Positions 24,296 through 32,631 of a DNA stretch of 64,000 nt are shown in pieces. Positions within the stretch are counted from its first letter, which is position 1. Every line of letters starts with the position of its first letter. The DNA is taken from the IMG/VR virus record IMGVR_UViG_3300045988_160639; one strand, 5' to 3'. The position numbers and the translations under genes were made by a program. The stretch is from a virus. A model generated the notes under the pieces. That model searched no databases and was not told the DNA's origin. It saw nothing but the letters and a program-made list of their open reading frames with translations.

Positions 24296-24598
24296 TTACC
24301 TAATAAGACCTATAAAATACACCAGCACGCTTACCGAAATGATCATTATTCCGAATGATACGCCTATAGAAATAATAATTTTCGCAAAAGCCTTCAGCTG
24401 TGGAGGAGAAAAGTTTGACACAACATTGACTTTGGGGTTTCCACTTTTTACAATAGAGTTTTTTGTAGGTCTATACTGATCACCTTTAAGCTTCTTGCTT
24501 TTTTGTTTCTTGCAGGTTGTCTGAGATTTTGATTTTTCCTGAGTATTTACGTTGGTGTTTAACTGTGGTCTTATGCCGAGATGCCCTCCTGATTCCAT
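24296..24598 (-). CDS. C-terminally membrane-anchored basic protein (lone minus-strand gene)
   Basis: SD GGAGG 8 nt upstream on the minus strand; C-terminal TM IIISIGVSFGIMIISVSVLVYFIGLI. Confidence 0.5.
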   Translation of the reverse strand: MESGGHLGIRPQLNTNVNTQEKSKSQTTCKKQKSKKLKGDQYRPTKNSIVKSGNPKVNVVSNFSPPQLKAFAKIIISIGVSFGIMIISVSVLVYFIGLIR

Positions 24599-24896
24599 TT
24601 GATAGACCTCCTTATATTTAATAATTTTCTAAGGCGTCTCGGACTATTTTTCGCACAATTAATTACTAATTGTGAACGCATCCTATAATATAACATGTTT
24701 TAATGTAAAAGTCAAGTACCAATTTGCATAATTATTGAGCATATATTGTGTGTAAATATCACAAAAAGGAAAATAATGTCACGAAATGTATAAAAAACAA
24801 TCAATCAGCTCTAAGCTGTTTATATAGATTTTACCTTAATTCCGTCCGAAAGGACGTTTATATAGATATTCTTATTTTGTAAAAGGAGTGGTTGAA

Positions 24897-25220
24897 ATGG
24901 CTAAGACAAAGCCGATTAAGGTATTTATTTCTCAGGTAATGAGAGATAAGACAGAGGAAGAAATTCTTACAGAAAGAAATCTTGCTATTGATAAGGTCAA
25001 GAAGATTTTCCCTGACAGAGAAGTTGAGGTTATTGATAGTTATTTTGAGGACTATAACCCAACGGGTGGAAGTGTTCCTCTAAAGTATCTTTCCAAGGCT
25101 ATTGAACTTCTTGCAGATGCTGACATTGCTTATTTTTGCTTTGGTTGGGATACGGCAAGAGGTTGTAAGATAGAACACCAGTGTACTGTTGAATATGGAA
25201 TAAATAGAATTTATGGGTAA
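24897..25220 (+). CDS. DUF4406 / nucleoside 2-deoxyribosyltransferase-like protein
   Basis: KVFISQVM...LADADIAYFCFGWDTARGCKIEHQ pattern. Weak call made by eye. Confidence 0.35.
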   Translation: MAKTKPIKVFISQVMRDKTEEEILTERNLAIDKVKKIFPDREVEVIDSYFEDYNPTGGSVPLKYLSKAIELLADADIAYFCFGWDTARGCKIEHQCTVEYGINRIYG

Positions 25221-25546
25221 TGCTAAAGAACTGAGGAACGATTGAATCAAATCAGTCTGAAAAAGAATATAATAACGGCATTTGTTCTGAATGTGGCGGT
25301 CATTATAAATTTGTAAGCTCTTCTCACATTAGGAATAGTAGTGATGAATATTATTACTCTTGCGAAGATTGTGGCTATACAATAATGACACACATATTTT
25401 ATCGAGGAGGGAATTGAGCTGTGGGTTATAGGGCGAGAGACAGAACACGACTAAACCAAGATTTTATTGGATTTTAAAAATGTAAGTAAATAATAATATA
25501 AGCGTTAAAATTATTAAATTATACATATTGAAAGGATTTTGAATTT

Positions 25547-26515
25547 ATGAGTATGAAGAAGTTTGAAAACACAATTACAATGGCTGGTATTCTTGTTAAG
25601 CATACACTTGAAGAAGCTACATACGGAACTAACAATGATATTGAGTGTATTCGTGGTGAAGTAATTATCAGAACAGCCGATGAAGGCGAACACTCGGTTA
25701 GATTCTTTGCTAATAAGTATAAGAAGGATGCGAATGGTAACTTTACATCGGAAGAAAATAAGATTTATAAGTCGCTCAGTACAGTTATGAATGAGTACAG
25801 AACTCTGGAAGAATATCCTGATGACCCTGATTATGTCGAGATTACATCTGCTTCATTTGGTGTAATGGACTATGTGTCTAAGAATACAAATGAGCTTGTA
25901 ACGATCAATACTATTTCTTCTAACTTCATCAACAGAATTACTAAGGAAAAGTATGAAGCATCTTCTCCTACAGCGACATTTGAGGTTGCCGGTGTAATAG
26001 CAAGTATTAAGGATGAAATTATTAAGGAAACTCCTACTGGAAATCTGATTGTTATTATGAATGTAATCAATCAGATTAAGAAGGGCAACGGTAAGGATGC
26101 TACATTTGACGTTAAGGATATGTTTCCTCTTAGACTGACTATTCCTGCCGATCTTGCAGACACTTTTAGAAGTATGTATTCTGAGGGTGTATTTACTAAG
26201 GTTTGTGGAGATGTAATTAATAGAACAGAAACCACAACAAAGACTGAAAAGGCAGCTTTCGGTAAGGATATTGTAAAGACATTCACAAATACAGTAAGAA
26301 AGAATGAAGTAACGAGTGGCGTAGAGCCTGTAGATATTTATTCCGTTGGTCTCACCGATGAAATTTGTTCTCAGCTCATTTCGAGAAGAAATGCAACTAT
26401 TGCAGAAGTAAAGAATGGCAAGAAGAATAGTTCATCGTCAAACACAACAACTGAAAACACAGTGTCAGCTTCTACATCTAATCCTTTTGCTTCAAAGAAC
26501 CCTTTTGCTAAGTAA
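25547..26515 (+). CDS. Putative ssDNA-binding (OB-fold-like) protein at the head of the replication module
   Basis: Position next to the ATPase, helicase, primase and polymerase, plus an N-terminal beta-rich pattern. No firm motif. Confidence 0.3.
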   Translation: MSMKKFENTITMAGILVKHTLEEATYGTNNDIECIRGEVIIRTADEGEHSVRFFANKYKKDANGNFTSEENKIYKSLSTVMNEYRTLEEYPDDPDYVEITSASFGVMDYVSKNTNELVTINTISSNFINRITKEKYEASSPTATFEVAGVIASIKDEIIKETPTGNLIVIMNVINQIKKGNGKDATFDVKDMFPLRLTIPADLADTFRSMYSEGVFTKVCGDVINRTETTTKTEKAAFGKDIVKTFTNTVRKNEVTSGVEPVDIYSVGLTDEICSQLISRRNATIAEVKNGKKNSSSSNTTTENTVSASTSNPFASKNPFAK

Positions 26516-26577
26516 TTGTATATAAATAACTGTCTATTTAAATTTGTAATTGTGATATTGAAAGGAAATAATAATAT

Positions 26578-27576
26578 ATGATTAACCTTATGACACTTGA
26601 AGAAAATAAGATTAGTACAGATTTTAGTGGTTATCCTGTTGTATTTATGGGTGAGACAGGAGACGGAAAGACAGATTCACTCAATCGTTTCCTCCGCTCT
26701 GTTGCTCCTGAAGGCAAAGTTCCTCTGTTTGTAATGTTTGAGGATAGATATAAAACTATTCAGAACATTATGGCTGTCAGAGTACATTCTATTCCTGATG
26801 TACTTGCTGTTGCTTCCCAGCTCAAGAATCCAAAGACAAGAGAACGTTTCTCTTGTGTAGTTTTTGATACAGCCGATAAGTTTGAGGAAATGGCAAGTAG
26901 ATATATAGCTTCAAATAAGGAAACGGAGATTATTGAAGATATTGGTTTTGCTCGTGGTAAGAAGTATCTTTCGTCTGTAATGGGTATTGTAGGCGAAATC
27001 AGAAATCTCGGACTTCCTGTCCATTTTGCAGTGCAGTCCTATAAGATAACTGATTTCAAGACAGGCGCAATTACATACAAGTGTAAGCTGAATGAGGCTA
27101 CTAAGAATCAGATTTTCCACGATGCTTTCCTTGTCGGAATGGTTTCTATTGACCCAAAGGCAAAGGGTAATGTAAATGCAGACAGACTTATTACATTTAA
27201 GAAGACTTCCGAATATATTGAACTCAAGGATACTTGGGGACTGCCTGACAAGATGTATGTATCTGAAATTAAGAGCAATCTTGAAAAGCTGTTTAATGCC
27301 AAGTATGATAGGACTGAGCTTGTAGATGTTCCTGCACTGGAAGAAATCAAGGACGAGGTTTCTTTTGATGAAGTAAAGTCAAGAGGTATGGAACTTGGTT
27401 CAATTCTTGCTGAAAATGGTTATCTTAATGAAGCAATGAATGTACTCAAGACTACAATAGGTCAGAATGAGGACGGTTCTGCTAAGATGTTTGATGATAT
27501 TCTTCCTACTCAGATTGACCTTGCGCAGGTAGTAGTTATGAAGCTTGAAGAACTCAAGACATCTAAGGGTATCTGA
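26578..27576 (+). CDS. P-loop ATPase (AAA_24 / Sak4-like)
   Basis: Walker A GETGDGKT; Walker B VVFDTAD. Confidence 0.5.
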   Translation: MINLMTLEENKISTDFSGYPVVFMGETGDGKTDSLNRFLRSVAPEGKVPLFVMFEDRYKTIQNIMAVRVHSIPDVLAVASQLKNPKTRERFSCVVFDTADKFEEMASRYIASNKETEIIEDIGFARGKKYLSSVMGIVGEIRNLGLPVHFAVQSYKITDFKTGAITYKCKLNEATKNQIFHDAFLVGMVSIDPKAKGNVNADRLITFKKTSEYIELKDTWGLPDKMYVSEIKSNLEKLFNAKYDRTELVDVPALEEIKDEVSFDEVKSRGMELGSILAENGYLNEAMNVLKTTIGQNEDGSAKMFDDILPTQIDLAQVVVMKLEELKTSKGI

Positions 27577-27604
27577 TAATACAATTAAACAGATAACAAA
27601 AAAG

Positions 27605-27640
27605 GGCGGTGGGTGGATAGCCTACCGTCTGTTTTGTCTA
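27605..27640 (+). terminator. Intrinsic terminator
   Basis: GGCGGTGGG/CCTACCGTC stem followed by TGTTTTGT. Confidence 0.55.
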
Positions 27641-27656
27641 TTCAGGAAGTGATTAT

Positions 27657-28130
27657 ATAAGCAGACCTGCACACTGCAAATGTTGCAATAAAGAAATCCG
27701 AGGAGAAGAAATATTCAAACATAATAACAAGTCATATTGCAAGCAATGTTATGAAATAATACACTCTGAAAGTGAAGATTATAAAACGCTTATATCTATG
27801 ATTTGTGAGTATTTTGAATGTGATGAACCCACCGGAATGATAATGACACAGATAAAAAATTACAAAAAAGACTATGATTTAAGTTACGCTGCTATTGGAT
27901 ATACACTTTGGTATATCAAAAACATTATCGGAGATAAATTCAATATAAAATACGGCATCTTTCAAGTTAAAAATGAATATAAAAACGCTGAAAAATATTT
28001 TAAGGAACAGCAGTTGATCAGTGAAAAGGCTTATAATTTCGAAGAAAAAGAACGGATAGTAAAATTAAAGCCTAAATCAAAGAAAAATAATTACCTTATA
28101 GATTTAGATAAATTTGTAGAAGGGGAGTGA
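27657..28130 (+). CDS. Zinc-ribbon protein; conserved N-terminus lies upstream of the track ATG (27798), probable ATA start
   Basis: The frame is open from 27621 and encodes CKCCNKEIRGEE...YCKQCYE. AGGAAGTGA-ttat-ATA mirrors the RBS contexts at 32632 and 53512. Confidence 0.45.
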   Translation: MSRPAHCKCCNKEIRGEEIFKHNNKSYCKQCYEIIHSESEDYKTLISMICEYFECDEPTGMIMTQIKNYKKDYDLSYAAIGYTLWYIKNIIGDKFNIKYGIFQVKNEYKNAEKYFKEQQLISEKAYNFEEKERIVKLKPKSKKNNYLIDLDKFVEGE

Positions 28131-29752
28131 CTACTGAGTTGGACGTTAAAGGTCTTGTTGATAAAAGAAATATATTCCTGCTTTTAGGTTGTTATTGCAA
28201 TAATCCTAAAATGATATTTGATGAAAAGTATGAAACAAACGCTTATGATTATTCAGAAACGTTTCATAAAACAATTTGGGGAGCTATTGTTAATATCGCT
28301 AAAAAGGGAAATATACAAAAAATTTCACCTGTTGAAATAGAAAATGAAATTGCTCAGTTCCCAAGTGCGACTACTGTTTGGAAGAATAATGACGGTTGGA
28401 ATTACATAGATAAGGCTATTGCAGAATCCGCAGATAAGCTTTTAAACGCTGGATTTTACAGAGATACAGTGCGTAAATATTCAATTATTAGAAATGCGAT
28501 TGAATCTTTAAAGTTGGACATATCATTTTTGTATGATGAAGAGGACGAGGTTAAGCTTGATAAATTCAATAGTATGACAAGTACAGACGTGCTTAATGAA
28601 ATATGCTGTAAATTCAGTGATTTTAAAAATCTTTGGAAAAGTGCTTTTGGAGATAATTATTCTTTTCACGCAGGCGATGATATTAAAAATCGAATATCTG
28701 AATATAAAAATCAGACAAATACATATGGCTATCCCTTTCAAAGCGGTTATCTCACTACAGTATATCGTGGAATGAGAAGCAAAAAGATGATTATTCGCAG
28801 TTCCATCTCAGGCGGTGGTAAATCTCGTTCAAGTATGGCTGATGCTGTAAATATAGCTTGTGATAAGATTTATGACTGGCAAAAGAAAGAGTGGATAGCA
28901 ACAGGTGAAAAAAGACCGGTGTTATTCATATCAACAGAGCTAACAAAGGAAGAAATTCAAGACTGTTTGCTTGCACATATCAGTGGAATTGAACAGGACA
29001 GACTTGAAGAATGGAAAGATATAACTCCTGAAGAAGAAAAAGTTCTCGATAAATCCGCTGAAATTGTAGAAGAATCACTGCTATATGGAGAATATCAACC
29101 CGACTTTACCATTGATACTATCTGCGAAACCATAGAACAATACATAATAAATCAGAAAATAGAATATGTTTTCTTTGATTATATCAATGACAGTCCTTCT
29201 CTTTATGCTTATTACTTTGAAAAAACCAAAACACGACTTAGAACAGACCAGATTTTGTTCCTGTTTAGTGCAGCTTTAAAATCAGCTTGTAATAAGTACG
29301 ATGTTTTCTTAGGAACATCTACTCAGCTAAATGATACATATAAAGATGATATAAATAAGGATTCGGGAGCATTGAAAGGTTCAAAGAGTATTATTGAAAA
29401 AGCTGACGGTGGTATGCTTGCATTACCTGTTACAACTAAAGACCTTAAAAAGCTTAAGCCAATACTTGAAGCACGAGGAAACTTTAATCCTACTGTTCCC
29501 AATATGGCATATTGGATATTCAAAAATCGTGGAGGAAAGTGGAAAGCTATCGTTATCTGGACTAAAATCAATCTTGGTACAATGCGAGAGATGGATTGTT
29601 TTGTCACTGATTATAATTATGAGCTTATAGATGATATTGAAAAAACGATTATTGAATTTGAATTTGACGATGTTGGTAACGCCGAAATGCTTGATACAAC
29701 AGTAGATGTTGATGCTGTGAAGGTCATTGATAACATTCTGAATCCAAATTAA
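28127..29752 (+). CDS. DnaB-family replicative helicase
   Basis: Walker A SGGGKS, Walker B VFFDYIND, DnaB-like N-terminal domain. Confidence 0.7.
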   Translation: MTTELDVKGLVDKRNIFLLLGCYCNNPKMIFDEKYETNAYDYSETFHKTIWGAIVNIAKKGNIQKISPVEIENEIAQFPSATTVWKNNDGWNYIDKAIAESADKLLNAGFYRDTVRKYSIIRNAIESLKLDISFLYDEEDEVKLDKFNSMTSTDVLNEICCKFSDFKNLWKSAFGDNYSFHAGDDIKNRISEYKNQTNTYGYPFQSGYLTTVYRGMRSKKMIIRSSISGGGKSRSSMADAVNIACDKIYDWQKKEWIATGEKRPVLFISTELTKEEIQDCLLAHISGIEQDRLEEWKDITPEEEKVLDKSAEIVEESLLYGEYQPDFTIDTICETIEQYIINQKIEYVFFDYINDSPSLYAYYFEKTKTRLRTDQILFLFSAALKSACNKYDVFLGTSTQLNDTYKDDINKDSGALKGSKSIIEKADGGMLALPVTTKDLKKLKPILEARGNFNPTVPNMAYWIFKNRGGKWKAIVIWTKINLGTMREMDCFVTDYNYELIDDIEKTIIEFEFDDVGNAEMLDTTVDVDAVKVIDNILNPN

Positions 29753-29764
29753 GGCGGTGAATAA

Positions 29765-30829
29765 ATGACTGCCGAAGAACTCAAATCAGCTTTAACTACT
29801 GAAAATATAAAGACTTTGATGGAAATTCTCGGTGGAACAGTATATACAGATAATGATGATTATATGATATATGATACTATTTGCCATTGCGGTACAAGTC
29901 ATAAACTTTATTACTACAAATCATCTAAATCTTTTTACTGTTATACCGAATGTGGAAGTCTTGATATTATTGAAATAGTGAAAAGACTGAAAAAATATAA
30001 TCTTCCAGAAGCTATTACTTGGATTTCAAATCAGTGCCATATTGATGAAAGACGAGGCTTCGGAAACAGTTATATCTCCGATTGGTCTTTTATAAAGGAT
30101 TACGATAAATCCAAATCAAAGCAAACGATCATCAAAGACCTTGATAGTTATGACAGTAAAATTCTAAATGTTTTTCAGAACAAATACTATCAAGGTTGGA
30201 TTGATGAGGGCATTTCCATAGAAAGTATGCAGAAATATAACATTAAGTATTCTCCTTACTTACGCCAGATAATTATTCCTCATTATGATATAACAAATCG
30301 TTTAGTTGGAATACGAGGACGAATGATGACAGAGGAAGATGAAGAACGCTATGGAAAATATTCTCCCATTAAAGTAGGAGATATAATGTACAAGCATTGC
30401 CTTTCTTATAACTTTTACGGCATCAATCAAAACCTAAACACAATAAAAAACAAACACAAAGTTATGCTTGTAGAAGCTGAGAAATCAGTTCTGCAAGCAG
30501 ACACACTGTTTGGAGAGAATAATTTCACGTTGGCTGTTTGCGGAAGTGCATTTCATTCTTATCAGCGAGATATGTTGATTATGCTCGGAGTAAAAGAAGT
30601 GATAATTGCACTTGATAAACAGTATGAAACAGCCGATTCACAAGAAGCTATGGATTGGCAAAATCATATAATAAAGCAGTTTATAAAGCCTTTGTCTCCA
30701 TATTTTGCGGTTTATGTACTTTGGGATACAGAAAATTTGCTTGATTATAAGCAATCTCCTACCGATAAAGGTAAAGAAACGTTGTTAAAGCTTATGAAAA
30801 ATAAAATTTATGTTCCGTCTTATGATTAA
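29765..30829 (+). CDS. DNA primase (zinc finger plus Toprim)
   Basis: CHCGTSHK...CYTECG zinc motif; Toprim MLVEAEKSV and IIALDKQ. Confidence 0.7.
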   Translation: MTAEELKSALTTENIKTLMEILGGTVYTDNDDYMIYDTICHCGTSHKLYYYKSSKSFYCYTECGSLDIIEIVKRLKKYNLPEAITWISNQCHIDERRGFGNSYISDWSFIKDYDKSKSKQTIIKDLDSYDSKILNVFQNKYYQGWIDEGISIESMQKYNIKYSPYLRQIIIPHYDITNRLVGIRGRMMTEEDEERYGKYSPIKVGDIMYKHCLSYNFYGINQNLNTIKNKHKVMLVEAEKSVLQADTLFGENNFTLAVCGSAFHSYQRDMLIMLGVKEVIIALDKQYETADSQEAMDWQNHIIKQFIKPLSPYFAVYVLWDTENLLDYKQSPTDKGKETLLKLMKNKIYVPSYD

Positions 30830-30843
30830 ACGAGGTGAATTAA

Positions 30844-32619
30844 GTGACTTTTGAATATCAAACACGAGGAAGTATTGGAATAGGTAATCCTGTTACAAAA
30901 ATTCTTGAAAATCGGGGAATAAAAAATGTTCCTATGTTTTTAAATCCTACAAAATCCTGTTTAGAGGATAATCACCTGTTAGATAATATTGATTTGTCAG
31001 TTGATATTTTTCTTAAACATATGAATAATAACAGTAAAGTTGTAGTGTTGCAGGATTGTGACTGTGACGGTGTGACTTCCGCAGCTTTAATGATACAGTA
31101 TATAAATGATAATTTTCCGTCAATTTCAGTGGATTATATTATACACGACAATAAAGAACACGGTCTTGATAATAAATCTATGCTTGAGATTGAACCGAAA
31201 AAGCCTGATTTGCTTATTATTCCAGATGCCGGAAGTAATGATTTGAGACAGTTGAAAACATTAAAATCTGTCGGTATTGATGTCATTGTTCTCGATCATC
31301 ACGATGAATCGGAAAAGGTTACACGATTAAAGTCTATATATAGGCTTAATAATCTTAATGATTTCGCAGTGATAGTAAATAATCAGATGTCATCAAAAGT
31401 AAATGACAAGTCAATGACAGGCGTAGGAATAGTCTATAAGTTTTGTTCTGTTGTTGATGAAAGACTAAAGCGTGATACAGTTAATAAATATCTTGATTTG
31501 GTAGCCCTCGGAATGATAGCTGATTCGTGTGATTTGTCACAGTTGCAGACACGATATTTAGTTCTCGAAGGCATTAAACAGATACAAAACGAGACAAATC
31601 ATAATAAATTCATTTCGGAATTAGTCAAGTCTCAGGCTTATTCATTACATAGTAAAGCAACCATTTTAGGTATAAGCTTTTATATTGCACCTCTTGTAAA
31701 TGCTCTGATCCGACTTGGTACAAAAGACGGCAAAGAAATAATGCTTAAAGCATTTCTCAATTCATCGGAAAAAGCGATTGTTAAAATTCGTGGTAAAGGT
31801 GAAATTGAGGTTTCAATTCAGGAACAAGCGAGAAGATTATGCGAAAGTTATAAACGCAAACAGCAGAAAATAACAAGTGATTACACAGAAGTCCTTAAAG
31901 AGCAAATAAATGAATTTGGATTGAACGAATATCCTGTAATCTGTTGTAAAGCCGATAAGTCATTTGAAAAAACATTTACAGGTCTGATTGCAAATAAACT
32001 TACATCTATGTATAATAAGCCGTGTCTGCTTCTGAGAGATTATAATGATATTCTTATGGGAAGTGCAAGGGGATTCGATAAATCTCATATTAAAGACATT
32101 AAGGATTTCTGCTTGCAGACAAAATTGTTTGATTTGGCAGAGGGACATCCTAACGCTTGCGGTGTAACTATTAAAAAGGATAATATTTCAAAGTTTTACG
32201 ATTATCTTTCTCAGCAAAATTTTGATAATACTTTAAATTATACCGTGGATGCAGTTTTTGACGAAAAATCACTCACCGCAGAGGTAATTCAGTCAATTTT
32301 TGCACTTTCTGACGTTTGGGGAACAAATATTGAAGAACCTCTATTTTTATTAAAATTGAAATGCCCTACTGATGGGGGTTTCACGGTGCTTGGAAATGAA
32401 AAAAACACAATAAAATTGACATTTCATAATATTGAGATTATTAAGTTTCGTTCCTCTGAAAATGAGTACAATGAGATAAAAACTCTTGGTAAAATGGTTG
32501 AATTTACAATAGTGGGCAAGTTTTCAGTCAATGAATATAACGGAAAGAAAACTCCACAGGTCATAGTGGAAAACTGGATGTATAAACCTTGTACCGAAAA
32601 GCCTAAATTCAGATTTTAA
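30844..32619 (+). CDS. RecJ-like DHH/DHHA1 phosphoesterase (ssDNA exonuclease)
   Basis: DCDCDGVTS, IPDAGSND, VLDHHD and GHPNACG motifs. Confidence 0.75.
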   Translation: MTFEYQTRGSIGIGNPVTKILENRGIKNVPMFLNPTKSCLEDNHLLDNIDLSVDIFLKHMNNNSKVVVLQDCDCDGVTSAALMIQYINDNFPSISVDYIIHDNKEHGLDNKSMLEIEPKKPDLLIIPDAGSNDLRQLKTLKSVGIDVIVLDHHDESEKVTRLKSIYRLNNLNDFAVIVNNQMSSKVNDKSMTGVGIVYKFCSVVDERLKRDTVNKYLDLVALGMIADSCDLSQLQTRYLVLEGIKQIQNETNHNKFISELVKSQAYSLHSKATILGISFYIAPLVNALIRLGTKDGKEIMLKAFLNSSEKAIVKIRGKGEIEVSIQEQARRLCESYKRKQQKITSDYTEVLKEQINEFGLNEYPVICCKADKSFEKTFTGLIANKLTSMYNKPCLLLRDYNDILMGSARGFDKSHIKDIKDFCLQTKLFDLAEGHPNACGVTIKKDNISKFYDYLSQQNFDNTLNYTVDAVFDEKSLTAEVIQSIFALSDVWGTNIEEPLFLLKLKCPTDGGFTVLGNEKNTIKLTFHNIEIIKFRSSENEYNEIKTLGKMVEFTIVGKFSVNEYNGKKTPQVIVENWMYKPCTEKPKFRF

Positions 32620-32631
32620 GGAAGTGATAAA

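Noticed and set aside
24267-24479. Plus-strand ORF overlapping 24296-24598.
   Set aside because: It has no SD. The minus-strand ORF has GGAGG-N8-ATG and a coherent C-terminal TM anchor.
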